Assembly (NCBI GenBank): GCA_965248925.1
Contig: CBDFLE010000005.1
Location: 384,001-448,000 of the forward strand
Origin: Candidatus Multivoradales bacterium
GTDB taxonomy: Bacteria; Acidobacteriota; Thermoanaerobaculia; Multivoradales; J023
Length of the DNA: 64,000 nucleotides
Direction: 5' to 3'
The position numbers were made by a program, and so were the translations under genes. Below are positions 1 to 9,630 of the stretch, in pieces (the first letter of the stretch is position 1; each line of letters begins with the position of its first letter). A model generated the notes under the pieces. The model was not told the DNA's origin. It saw nothing but the letters and a program-made list of their open reading frames with translations, and ran no database searches.

Positions 1-776
1 TCGATTTCAAGCTCAAGAACGCCACCAAGGAGCCGGTAGACTACCTCTGGTACGTCGGCGATTTCGCCTCCTTCAATCCCGATTGCCAAGAAATCAGCCG
101 CCTGGTCGCCCGCATTCTCGAGCAAGCGGGCCTGGATTTCGGCATCCTCTACGAAAAAGAACGCTCGGCGGGTAACGATGTCCGCCGGGTCGGCGAGGAA
201 GGACTGTTCGAGTCCCTGGCGGAGCAAAACGCGGCAACCCTGGAGGAGTGCGAGTTCGAACGCCTCTTCACCACCGATCCCCACACCTTTAACACGCTCA
301 AGAACGAGTATGGACCCTACAAAGGGCAGTTTGATCAGATCGAGCACTACTCGACCCTGTTGCTCGAACTGATCAACCAGGGCACCTTGAAGGTGAATAG
401 CCTCCTCGGAGGCCGCGCCACCTACCACGATCCCTGCTACCTGGGGCGCTACAACGGTGGTTTCGACGCGCCGCGAGGGGTGATCGAGGCTTGTGGTGTC
501 GAGCTGGTGGAAATGCCGCGCAACCGCGAGAACTCATTCTGCTGCGGTGCCGGCGGCGGCCGCATTTGGATGAAAGATCACGATGACATGAGCGAACGGC
601 CGAGCGAAAACCGAATTCGCGAAGCTCTCGAACTGGGCGATGTCGACACTTTCGTCGTCGCCTGTCCCAAGGATCTAACGATGTACCGAGATGCCATCAA
701 GACCTCAGGCAACGAGGGCAAGATCGTGGTCAAAGACATCGCCGACCTGGTCGCCGAGGCGATCGGGCTCGACTAG
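1..776 (+). CDS. HdrD/FadF-like Fe-S oxidoreductase with CCG domains, 5'-truncated by the window edge
   Basis: Frame is open from nt 3 (DFKLKNATKEPVDYLWYVGDFASF...) into ORF 360..776. Second CCG domain has YHDPC, CCGAGGG and VACPKD. First CCG domain is Cys-degenerate (YVGD, ERSAG, TTDPH). Confidence 0.8.
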   Translation, partial: DFKLKNATKEPVDYLWYVGDFASFNPDCQEISRLVARILEQAGLDFGILYEKERSAGNDVRRVGEEGLFESLAEQNAATLEECEFERLFTTDPHTFNTLKNEYGPYKGQFDQIEHYSTLLLELINQGTLKVNSLLGGRATYHDPCYLGRYNGGFDAPRGVIEACGVELVEMPRNRENSFCCGAGGGRIWMKDHDDMSERPSENRIREALELGDVDTFVVACPKDLTMYRDAIKTSGNEGKIVVKDIADLVAEAIGLD

Positions 777-851
777 ATTCGAAGCGGCGGAAGGGGCAGC
801 AGTGGATTTAGGGCACAGCAGCCCCGGTTTCGAGACCCCGGCGGTCGGGTC

Positions 852-1877
852 ATGACCCTGAGTGTCATCGATGGCGGCACCCTCAGCGCCTGGCGATCAC
901 AAGCTCTGTGGCACGGCATTGCCGCATCCATGCAGACCACCAGCCCCGCGACCCTGTCCTTCTGTCGTCCCGCCGAAGCCTACGTTGGTATTGGCTATCA
1001 TCGCCGCCTCGACGAGATCGATGTCGCTCGATGCGCTGAGCTGGACCTGCCGATCATCCGTCGTCAGATTGGTGGTGGGCCGGTATATCTAGATCAGGAT
1101 CAACTTTTCTTTCAACTCACCTTGCCCGCCGCCGACGCTCCGCGACGAGTTGATCGCCTCTATCAGCAATTCCTCGACCCAGCGGTCCACGCCCTGAAGC
1201 GCCTGGGGATTGCCGCCCATCGCAATGGTTTCAACGACCTGGCGGTCGCGGGGCGTAAGATTTCCGGAACCGGCGCCGGTCAGATCGGCGATGGGGTTAC
1301 CGTGGTGGGCAACATTCTCTTTCGTTTTTCGCACCAGCGAATGGTGGAGGTTTTGTCCTTGCCGAGTGCCCGCATGCGCCGCGAGTGTCTGCGGTTGATG
1401 CGTCGCCATGTCACTTCCCTGGCCGCCGAGGGAGCGGCGGAGTTGAGCCCAGCTGAGGCCAAATCGTCATTGATCGAAGCATTCAGCGGGGCTCTCGGCA
1501 AGTCCGCGGTGACCGCATCCTTGAGCCCGCGACAGCAAGATTCGATCGCTGAGTGGGAGGTGCGCTTTCGGGACACCAGCTGGCGCGCCGGGGTGGCGCG
1601 GCCGAAGCCGGCGCGGCGCCAGGTCAAGATCAGCACCGATGCCTGGCTCTTCGCCACGCCGGGTGAGCGGCCGTGGGTCGAAGTGTCGATCGTCGGTGGG
1701 CAGATTGCTCATCTGAGCCTCGAACAAGGACCCTGGAACGGTACCGCCACGGCGATGCAAGGTGCCCTAGCCGGCCAACCGGCAGAGGCGCGGAATCTAG
1801 AACAATGTTTGGCCCCCTTCGGCGACGATGGGCGCCAATTGCTCGATCTATTACTGCCGGGTCTCGACAACAATTGA
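852..1877 (+). CDS. Lipoate-protein ligase family protein (BPL/LplA/LipB fold)
   Basis: Motifs IIRRQIGGGPVYLD and NDLAVAGRKISGTG; adjacent to a GcvH-like gene. Confidence 0.85.
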   Translation: MTLSVIDGGTLSAWRSQALWHGIAASMQTTSPATLSFCRPAEAYVGIGYHRRLDEIDVARCAELDLPIIRRQIGGGPVYLDQDQLFFQLTLPAADAPRRVDRLYQQFLDPAVHALKRLGIAAHRNGFNDLAVAGRKISGTGAGQIGDGVTVVGNILFRFSHQRMVEVLSLPSARMRRECLRLMRRHVTSLAAEGAAELSPAEAKSSLIEAFSGALGKSAVTASLSPRQQDSIAEWEVRFRDTSWRAGVARPKPARRQVKISTDAWLFATPGERPWVEVSIVGGQIAHLSLEQGPWNGTATAMQGALAGQPAEARNLEQCLAPFGDDGRQLLDLLLPGLDNN

Positions 1878-1901
1878 CCTGAAAGTTGATTTGGAGAAGT
1901 G

Positions 1902-2363
1902 ATGAAAGCCAACATCTTGATGGAGATTGGGTCCTACCGGGTCGCCAGCGACCGGGCCTACGATCGCGACAACCATATGTGGGTCCTCGACCTAGCGTCG
2001 CGGCGGGTGCGTTGCGGTTTCGATCCGTTGGGTAGCGAAACCACGGGCGATATCGTCGCCCTTTCCTTCGCCCCGCTGGGCACCGAGCTGAGCCGCGGAG
2101 GCGAATTCGGCAGTCTCGAAGCGGCCAAATTCGTCGGTCCGCTAGTGGCGCCGATCGCCGGCAAAGTGGTGGCCCACAATGACGCCGTGCTGGCCAATCC
2201 AGGACTGATAAATCGTGATCCCTTGGGCCAGTGGTTGATCGAGATCGAGCTGGCGGCAGAGCGCGCCTCCTGTGACGAGTTGCTCGAAGACCCAGCGGAA
2301 ATTCGCAGCTGGTTCGCGGCAGAGGTCGAACGATTCGAACGCCAGGGCGCGTTGGCCCAATGA
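1902..2363 (+). CDS. GcvH-like lipoyl carrier protein (LbpA/H-protein family)
   Basis: GSLEAAKFVGPLVAPIAGKVVAHN with the lipoyl Lys; INRDPLGQWL; GGAG RBS at 1893-1896. Confidence 0.88.
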   Translation: MKANILMEIGSYRVASDRAYDRDNHMWVLDLASRRVRCGFDPLGSETTGDIVALSFAPLGTELSRGGEFGSLEAAKFVGPLVAPIAGKVVAHNDAVLANPGLINRDPLGQWLIEIELAAERASCDELLEDPAEIRSWFAAEVERFERQGALAQ

Positions 2364-3376
2364 GCGAGCTGCTCAAAGTAGTCGACACGGTGGCCGACAC
2401 CGCGGTCGAGGCGACGGCGCAACCACTGCGGCCACCGGCGATCGCCACCGCGGGCATGCAGCTGCGCCGGCAGCGGTTTGGCGACCAGATCGAGTTTTAC
2501 GCGCCTGGCCTCAAACGCTGGCAGACCGCTGAGTGGAAGCCCGAGCGTGCCCACCGTTTTCTGCCGATCAGCGTCACCGGCACCTCCTGCGGGCTGAGCT
2601 GTGACCACTGCGAAACCAAAGTTCTACAAGGCATGATCACCGTCTCGCCAGAGAAGGGCCTGTTCAACACCGCCGCCGAGCTTCAGTCGCAAGGCACCGA
2701 GGGCATCCTGGTGTCGGGAGGGTCGAATAAGGACGGCGGCGTACCCCTGCTGCCCCATGTCGACGACATGCGGCGAGTGCGCGAAGAGCTCGGCATGAAG
2801 GTCATCGTCCACTCCGGAGTGGTGTCACCGAAGTTGGCCCGAGGCTTGGCCGAGGCCGAGGTCGAAGGCGTGATGCTCGACATCATCGGCGCTGATGAGA
2901 CCATCGATCAGGTTTACCATCTGGATCTCAAGGCGGCGGATTTCGAGCGTTCGCTCGAGCTACTGTCGGCGCGGCAGATGCGGATCATCCCGCACATCGT
3001 CATCGGCCTTCACTACTCTCAGTTGCTCGGTGAATGGAAAGCCCTGGAGATGATTCGCCGCTATCCGGTGTCGACCTTGATTCTGGTGGTCCTGACCCCG
3101 CTGATGGGCACCCGCATGGGGCACCTGCCCCCACCACCGCTGGCCGAAGTGACGGACTTTTTAGCTCATGCACGGCAACAGATGCCAGAGATTCCGGTCA
3201 ACCTGGGCTGCGGCCGGCCCTTGGGGCAGATGAAAGTCGACCTCGACCGCGCCGCCATCGACCACGGCCTGAACGGCATCGCCTATCCCGCCGATGGCAT
3301 CATCGAATACGCCGCGGCGAGCGGCCTCGAACCCTCCTTCTACGAATACTGCTGCTCCCTCACCTGGACCCACTGA
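2360..3376 (+). CDS. lipS1: Radical SAM lipoyl synthase subunit LipS1-like
   Basis: CGLSCDHC (CX3CX2C), LGCGRP and C-terminal YCCS match the GC(M/A)R and CC motifs of LipS1; ATGA overlap with the carrier gene. Confidence 0.8.
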   Translation: MSELLKVVDTVADTAVEATAQPLRPPAIATAGMQLRRQRFGDQIEFYAPGLKRWQTAEWKPERAHRFLPISVTGTSCGLSCDHCETKVLQGMITVSPEKGLFNTAAELQSQGTEGILVSGGSNKDGGVPLLPHVDDMRRVREELGMKVIVHSGVVSPKLARGLAEAEVEGVMLDIIGADETIDQVYHLDLKAADFERSLELLSARQMRIIPHIVIGLHYSQLLGEWKALEMIRRYPVSTLILVVLTPLMGTRMGHLPPPPLAEVTDFLAHARQQMPEIPVNLGCGRPLGQMKVDLDRAAIDHGLNGIAYPADGIIEYAAASGLEPSFYEYCCSLTWTH

Positions 3377-3392
3377 CCCAAGGCGCGAGGCG

Positions 3393-4541
3393 GTGACCAG
3401 CAAACTCTCTCAATACCTGCGCGACCCCTTGCTGGGTGAGCTGTGGCGGCAAGTCAGGCAAGCCGGATCTCTCAAGTCGATCTCCCTCGACCTCACCCAC
3501 GCTTGCAATATCCGCTGCAGCGGCTGTTACTTCTTCGGCGAGGGGATGGATCAGCATCGGGCGCCAGCGAATGAAGGGGTTTTCGAGGAGTTTCTCGCCC
3601 GAGAGAAGGCGCGGGGCACCAATTTTGTCACCGTGGTGGGCGGCGAGCCGAGCCTGATGCTCGGCCGGTTGAAAAAGATCTACGATGGATTCTGGATGAA
3701 CGTGGCCACCAACGGACTGCGCAAGATCCCGCACGAGGGCTTCGAGCAGATGCCGATCGGGGTTTCAGTCTGGGGCAGCCCGGAAACAGATAAACAGCTG
3801 CGGGGCAGCGGCAAGATCGATATCTTCGCGGCCGCTCTCGATAACTACCGCGACGATCCGCGGGCTTTCTTTTACTACACCGTGGCGCCCGGCGACGCGC
3901 GGGAGATCCCGGAAGTGGTCGAGCGCTGTGTGGAGAACGGCAACCGGGTGTTATTCAATTTCTTTGGCGACCTCCGGGCCGGGGCCGATGGCAAGGCAGA
4001 TTTTTCCGCCGTGCAGAGGGAGATCGAAGAAGCCATCCGTCGCCATCCCAAGAGTATCCTGATCACCTCCTACTTGAGCCGGGTGGTCACTTCCGGACGC
4101 CTCTACGATCAGCAGTGGGGTTGGGAGGTCTGTACCAGCGTCACCGCCGATCATCAGGTCAACGCCTGGCGCATCGCCAACGGCAATCCCTACAACCCCC
4201 ACTTTCGGGCCTACAACGCCGATTTGCTTTCGACCCGTCGTTGTTGCACTGGGATCGATCGTGATTGCTCCAGCTGTTTCGATGTTTGGGAACGTTTTTC
4301 CTGGGTCATGATCAACCTCCGCCAACACCTGGCCAGTGAGCAGAAATTTACCTGCTGGCTCACCACCATGTATCTCTTCTACCTGATCAACCGGATTGTC
4401 GATGTCGAGCAAGGAATGGCTCTGCTGCCAGAGATTCACCAGCGCCTCGAAGGTTTGCTGCCGCGAGCCCATCCCACCGGTTTGAGTCCCGCTGGCAGCC
4501 ACCGTTCATCCCCTGACCTCAATAGGCCGGCAGCATGCTGA
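3393..4541 (+). CDS. Radical SAM protein with Cys-rich C-terminal auxiliary-cluster motif
   Basis: CNIRCSGC, VGGEP, VATNG, RRCCTGIDRDCSSC; GTG start at 3393 after GAGG. Confidence 0.8.
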   Translation: MTSKLSQYLRDPLLGELWRQVRQAGSLKSISLDLTHACNIRCSGCYFFGEGMDQHRAPANEGVFEEFLAREKARGTNFVTVVGGEPSLMLGRLKKIYDGFWMNVATNGLRKIPHEGFEQMPIGVSVWGSPETDKQLRGSGKIDIFAAALDNYRDDPRAFFYYTVAPGDAREIPEVVERCVENGNRVLFNFFGDLRAGADGKADFSAVQREIEEAIRRHPKSILITSYLSRVVTSGRLYDQQWGWEVCTSVTADHQVNAWRIANGNPYNPHFRAYNADLLSTRRCCTGIDRDCSSCFDVWERFSWVMINLRQHLASEQKFTCWLTTMYLFYLINRIVDVEQGMALLPEIHQRLEGLLPRAHPTGLSPAGSHRSSPDLNRPAAC

Positions 4542-5719
4542 GCAGCGCCAAGAGCAAAGTCTGGCGCTACTTGAGCGATGACGAGGTAGGTGCCGCGGCA
4601 GGTCTCGCCGCCGACGAGGCCCTGATGCTGGGCTACGGTCGAGCAGGCTCGGCAGAGAGTAGAGCGGCCCTGCGCCTCTACACCTACCGTCCCCACTGCG
4701 CCCTCGTAGGTCGCTATCAGATCGTCGAGCAGGAGGTTGACCTCGAGCGTTGCGCTGCCCTCGGCATCGAAGTTGGACGGCGCCCCACCGGCGGCGGCGC
4801 GATCATCATGGGTCCCGCTCAGCTCGGTGTAGCGATCGCCGCATCAGCCTTGGCCGAACGGACTCCCCGCCAAGCTCTCCAGCACTTCGCCGCCGGGATT
4901 CTCGCCAGCTTGGCTGAGTTGGGTATCGAGGCCAGCTTCCGTTCCAAGAACGATCTCGAAGTCGGTGGCCGGAAGATTGCCGGCCTCGGCATCTATCTCG
5001 ACCCCCGCGGTGCGCTGCTCTTTCACTCCAGCATCTTGGTAGATCTGGAGATCGAAGCAATGCTGGCAGTACTCAAGATCCCCGGCGCCAAGCTGTCGGA
5101 CAAGGCGGTGAGCAGGGTAGAGGAGAGGCTGACCACGGTTTCCCGAGAAATCGGCCAGCAGCTGCAAGCAGCAGACATTCGCCAGCAGATAGCCGGCGCG
5201 CTGGCTCGCCACTTTGATATTGAGCTGCACCCATCCTGCTTGTCTCCCGTCGAGATCGAGCGCTACCAAGAGCTGGTCGAGCTTTACACCAGCGAGGCTT
5301 GGCTGCATCCTGCGAGCCCCCGCCGCGACGCCCAGGGCCGAGCGACTCTGAAGACTCCGGCGGGCCTGCTGCGAATCCACGTCGGTGTTCACGGCGGAGT
5401 GCTCAAGAGCGTTTTGTTGGCCGGCGATTACAACCTCTTGCCCGCCGGTATCGCTCGTCTCGAAAGCGCTCTCAAGTGGTGCCGAGCCGAGCCGCGAGTG
5501 ATCGCCGAGGTTAGCGAGCGATGTTTAGATCACGAAGACTTGGCGATCGCGCCGACGAAGGTGGCGGCGGCGATCTCAAAAGCAGTTGCGCGAGCGGTAC
5601 GTCTGGGCCAGCGTTCCTATCCCAGACGCGAGGCCGGATCTTGTTATTTCCCTGAGTCCGAGACCATGCCGCCTCCAGCTGAGACGGCCGAGGAGAGGAG
5701 AAGCCATGACCCTGGTTGA
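4535..5719 (+). CDS. Lipoate-protein ligase with C-terminal LplB-like domain (Lpl(AB)-like)
   Basis: ADEAL, GRRPTGGGAI, KNDLEVGGRKIAGLG, LFHSS; C-terminal KTPAGLL...GDY accessory domain. Confidence 0.85.
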   Translation: MLSSAKSKVWRYLSDDEVGAAAGLAADEALMLGYGRAGSAESRAALRLYTYRPHCALVGRYQIVEQEVDLERCAALGIEVGRRPTGGGAIIMGPAQLGVAIAASALAERTPRQALQHFAAGILASLAELGIEASFRSKNDLEVGGRKIAGLGIYLDPRGALLFHSSILVDLEIEAMLAVLKIPGAKLSDKAVSRVEERLTTVSREIGQQLQAADIRQQIAGALARHFDIELHPSCLSPVEIERYQELVELYTSEAWLHPASPRRDAQGRATLKTPAGLLRIHVGVHGGVLKSVLLAGDYNLLPAGIARLESALKWCRAEPRVIAEVSERCLDHEDLAIAPTKVAAAISKAVARAVRLGQRSYPRREAGSCYFPESETMPPPAETAEERRSHDPG

Positions 5720-6872
5720 ACTTGGTGAGACCCCAGCGAGTGTCGGGCAAGTCAGTCCCGATTGGGTGCGGATCAGCTACGCCAGCGCCTTGGCGCTGCG
5801 CTTGAAGTCGGGAAAATTCACCCGACCCTTCGATTTCGGCGGCATCAATCTGCTGCTGAGTTACGACGAAGGTTGTCAATCAGATTGCGGTTTCTGCGGT
5901 TTGGCTCGTTCGCGGCAGGGAGAATACGTCGACAAGAGTTTCATCCGCGTCGAATGGCCGATGGTCTCCACCGACCAACTGATCGATCGCATGGTACAGC
6001 ACCAAGATCAGCTGACTCGCCTATGCATCTCGATGGTCACCCACGGCTACGCCTACCGCGACACCCTAGAAATCACCCGTCGCATCCGCAGCCGGGTCAA
6101 CACCCCTTTATCCTTGCTAGTAGCGCCGCCGACCCTCAACGAAGAACGCCTGCGAACCCTCAAAGAAGCCGGCGCCGAGATGATCGGCATCGGTCTCGAC
6201 GCGGTCACCGAAGGTCTCTTCCGTTCCATCCGCTCAGACGTACCCAAAGGCGGTTTACGCTGGGACAACTACTGGAATATTGTCAATCTGGCGCGCGACA
6301 TCTACGGCCCCTGGAAAGTCAACTGCCACACCCTGGTGGGCCTGGGCGAGACCGACTACGACCTGATGGAGATTTTCGAACGGCTGCTCAACCGCCAGAT
6401 CTACTCCTACCTCTTCTGCTTCAATCCCGAGCCCGACTCGCGCATGGCCGATCATCCCAAGAGTTCCGTCAGCCGCTGGCGCCGCATTCAGCTAGCCAAA
6501 TTCCTCCTCGAAGAATGCGGCCTAGAAGCCTCGGCCTTCGATTACGACGACGATGGCGCCCTAACCCGCATTAACGCCCCAAGCGACCTGGTAGAGCAGG
6601 TTGTCCACGACGGCTACGCCTTCCTGACCAACGGCTGCCCCAGCTCCGGCGGCGAGCCCGGCTGCACCCGACCGATGGGCAGCTGGCGGCCGAGTGAAGC
6701 GCCACGGGATTATCCTTGGCAACCTACCGATGCCGATCGGGTGGCAGTTCGGGAGCAGCTCGATTTGGAGCAGATCCTACGGCCGGGTGGGGGGCCGACG
6801 AGGCCTCCCGAGTGTTGGGCGCCACCGGTGGCGGGACGGCCGGCAATGGGTGATGTGGACCTTGGCCAGTAG
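5706..6872 (+). CDS. lipS2: Radical SAM lipoyl synthase subunit LipS2-like
   Basis: CQSDCGFC, FIRVEWP and TNGCPSSGGEPGCTRP (TXGCP...CXRP LipS2 motif); GAGGAG RBS at 5695-5700. Confidence 0.8.
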   Translation: MTLVELGETPASVGQVSPDWVRISYASALALRLKSGKFTRPFDFGGINLLLSYDEGCQSDCGFCGLARSRQGEYVDKSFIRVEWPMVSTDQLIDRMVQHQDQLTRLCISMVTHGYAYRDTLEITRRIRSRVNTPLSLLVAPPTLNEERLRTLKEAGAEMIGIGLDAVTEGLFRSIRSDVPKGGLRWDNYWNIVNLARDIYGPWKVNCHTLVGLGETDYDLMEIFERLLNRQIYSYLFCFNPEPDSRMADHPKSSVSRWRRIQLAKFLLEECGLEASAFDYDDDGALTRINAPSDLVEQVVHDGYAFLTNGCPSSGGEPGCTRPMGSWRPSEAPRDYPWQPTDADRVAVREQLDLEQILRPGGGPTRPPECWAPPVAGRPAMGDVDLGQ

Positions 6873-7698
6873 CTGCCTTGAAACGACCTCTAAGACCAGT
6901 TGGTATCTATGACTAGAGAATCTACCTGGTACGAAACCGAGAGCAGTGACAGTGGCTCACTAAGAACGGGAGAAGAGAAGCTCTCAGTGGGCGACCGAGT
7001 CCTGATAGATGGCGAAACGAGGCCGCGGAGGGTTACCCATGTAATGGGATCTTACCGAAGAGGGTGGTTTGCCACTTTCAGAGGAGAAGGTCCGGTCCCT
7101 CAAGGGGCGGTCAGGTGGAGTGTCGTTGAGCGATCTGGATCTGAGAGGCAACCGACAGATGCTTCGAGGCTTGAGGAACGGATCGTTGTCTCCCCGCCAA
7201 AGGAGGCCCAAGTCGCCGAATCAGATAGACTCCAGATAGCGAAAATTACAGCGCGAAAGGCCGTCATTGTAGCGGTGATTACCGCCATCTCTGGGATCCT
7301 TGTAGGTATTGTGTCAGGATATCAGTCGGGGCGATCTGCTCAAGCGGATACAAAGCAGCATTGGATTACTCTTAAGCCTGTGGTTGCAGAGCCGTTTGAA
7401 GTAGGTAGCGCTGTGAGAGTGATCGTTCTCGCGAATAGCCAGGCATATTCCTATCCCAGTCGCGCAGTGTGGGCTGATATTGGCCCAAGAATGTCGAGGG
7501 AAACATTCCCCTTGCCGGTTGACACTGCCGAATACCGATTTCGCTTCGAAGTGTTTTATCGCAGGGCCGACGGCTCGAAAGTGCTGTATACAAGCCAAGA
7601 GGTCCATGAAATCAGCACTTCGGAAATAAGTAAGACCTCGCCCCGCCCCACCTGGACAGATTGGCCTCAGTCGGGTAGCGAGTTGCGTCGTTCGGCGG

Positions 7699-9234
7699 TC
7701 AATCGCCGGGAATGGCCGGCAGGGTGACGGTGCCGGGTTTTTCGAGAGCGGCCCGAGTCGCCTTGAGCAGGTACGCGTAGGGCTCATCGCCGGCAAGCTT
7801 GGCGCTCTCGGTGAGGCTGTAGAGGATCGCCGCGACCTCGGTTCCCCGCTTGGAGCGCGACCCGTAGTGGTTCTTGCGTCCGATGACGACGCCTCGCAGC
7901 TCCCGCTCTGCAAGGTTGTTGTCGAGGGGAATTAGGGGGTTTTCAAGAAAACGCGTTAGCCCTTTCCAATGGCCGAGCAGGTAGTTGACTGCCTTGCCCA
8001 ATCCGCTGCGCGGCAGGGCTACGGGTCTGGTCTCCATAGCCCAAGCTTGCAGCTTTTTGAGAATGGGCCCGGAGTGCTCGGCGCGCAGCTTCAGGCGCAG
8101 ATCCAGAAGCTCTTGCGGCTCCGGAACTTGGATAGCCGGTACCTTCCGCTCCACTTTGAAAAGATCGCTGATCATGTCCAGCGCTTGACCACAGTGTTTC
8201 GGGTAGTTGTGCTCTGCGTCGGCGAATTTTCTTCGTGCGTGTGCCCAGCAGTGGGCCAGTGTGAATCCAGGACCGGCGCGGGATGCCGACTGATCGTCCC
8301 TCTTGGCCTCACTCTTGGCCAGAGCCTTGTAGGCCGAGTATCCGTCGCACACCACGATGCCCTGATAACCAGAGAGGATCGACCTGGCAGATTTTTCCGA
8401 GCGAGTTCCGCACAATCGATAGAACACCGCCTGCCGATTGGCCACGCTCCACACCCACCACTTGGAATTTTCTTGACGAGTCACCAGCCGCCAGTGAGTC
8501 TCGTCGGCGTGGACCACCGGAGCCATGAGCACCTTGTCATGCAGAGCCAGGTAGCTCGGCGTCAGCACCCTGGCCAAAGCTTCGATCTGGTCCCACAGAG
8601 TCTGCGAGCTGACGTTCAGCCCTTCCCGCGCCATGCTTCGGCTCTGGCGCTCAAGAGGTGCATGGTCAAGGTATTTGCTGATTGCCACCTCGACCGCGAA
8701 CTCTGGTGCATAGCGCCCTCCAGGGATCAGCTTTGGCAGCGCTGGCGCCGTGACCACTGCCGCGTTGCAGCGACAGCGATACTTCTGACGCTGGTGCTTG
8801 ACCATGATGAAGTGTCGCCGGACTACGGAGATCTCGTCGGAATCTTCCGTCTGATCACCCATCGGCTGAAGGGAGCCGTCGCAGGTCGGGCAAACCTGCT
8901 CTGCAATGGGTAGCTCGAGGAGTTTCTCGACCACTGGCAGCAAGGGCTGCGGAGTCGGCCCGTGGCCGGTCTGCGGCTTACGCTCCGACGCTGGGGTCCG
9001 CGTCCTGGGGCGTTTCTCCGAGGACGGGCCGAAGATCTTTCGCTCGCGTTGAGCGAGAATCTCCTGCAGTTGCTCAAGCTCAAGTTGCAGGGTAGCAGCG
9101 CCGGCCCCTGCAAGATGTGCGTTGCTAACTATCAGATTCTTGATGCGCTCGTGCAGGTGTCGATTCTCGCGATCGAGCAGCAGCGCAATTTGACGCAGAA
9201 CGTCGGGGCGCTGTTCGTTCTCGATCCGAAGCAT
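7699..9234 (-). CDS. tnpC: IS66 DDE transposase TnpC
   Basis: FGPSSEK, CPTC..CRC zinc finger, HADET, CDGY, CWAHARRKF, DNNLAERELR. Confidence 0.95.
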   Translation of the reverse strand: MLRIENEQRPDVLRQIALLLDRENRHLHERIKNLIVSNAHLAGAGAATLQLELEQLQEILAQRERKIFGPSSEKRPRTRTPASERKPQTGHGPTPQPLLPVVEKLLELPIAEQVCPTCDGSLQPMGDQTEDSDEISVVRRHFIMVKHQRQKYRCRCNAAVVTAPALPKLIPGGRYAPEFAVEVAISKYLDHAPLERQSRSMAREGLNVSSQTLWDQIEALARVLTPSYLALHDKVLMAPVVHADETHWRLVTRQENSKWWVWSVANRQAVFYRLCGTRSEKSARSILSGYQGIVVCDGYSAYKALAKSEAKRDDQSASRAGPGFTLAHCWAHARRKFADAEHNYPKHCGQALDMISDLFKVERKVPAIQVPEPQELLDLRLKLRAEHSGPILKKLQAWAMETRPVALPRSGLGKAVNYLLGHWKGLTRFLENPLIPLDNNLAERELRGVVIGRKNHYGSRSKRGTEVAAILYSLTESAKLAGDEPYAYLLKATRAALEKPGTVTLPAIPGD

Positions 9235-9240
9235 GCGTCT

Positions 9241-9269
9241 ATTATAGATCAGAAATCAGGCTGCGTCAG
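9241..9269 (-). promoter_or_regulatory. Putative internal sigma70 promoter for tnpC (leaderless)
   Basis: Minus strand CTGACG-17bp-TATAAT, ending 6 nt before the tnpC ATG at 9234. Confidence 0.5.
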
Positions 9270-9630
9270 CAACCTTTTTCCTCACAAATAGGGGCGGCGA
9301 GAGCCTCATCTTTCCGATCAGCTTGCTGCCCTCCAAGAACAAGGCCAGCTCACTCATAGTCAGCCGCAGCCGGTCCTCTTCCCGTTCGCGCCACAGACAG
9401 GCAAACCGCCCCTGCTCGAGCCGCTTGCTGTAGACACAGAGCCCGGTACCGTCCCAGACCAGAACCTTCGCGAGGGTTTGCGCCCGATTGACGAATAGGA
9501 ACAGATCGCCTGAGAGAGGGTCTTGGTCAAGCTCGCCGGTCACCAGACCCGAGAGACCGTCGAACCCCTTGCGGAGGTCGGCAGGCGCACCGAAGGCGTA
9601 GACGCTGACCCGGCGGGTCGAGCCGATCAT
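9256..9630 (-). CDS. tnpB: IS66 accessory protein TnpB
   Basis: DLRKGFDGL, DPLSGDLFLFVNR, KVLVWDGTG, KRLEQGRF. Confidence 0.93.
   Translation of the reverse strand: MIGSTRRVSVYAFGAPADLRKGFDGLSGLVTGELDQDPLSGDLFLFVNRAQTLAKVLVWDGTGLCVYSKRLEQGRFACLWREREEDRLRLTMSELALFLEGSKLIGKMRLSPPLFVRKKVADAA

Noticed and set aside
1902-2363. Glycine cleavage system
   Set aside because: No gcvP or gcvT nearby; the context is lipS1/lipS2 and an Hdr-like gene.
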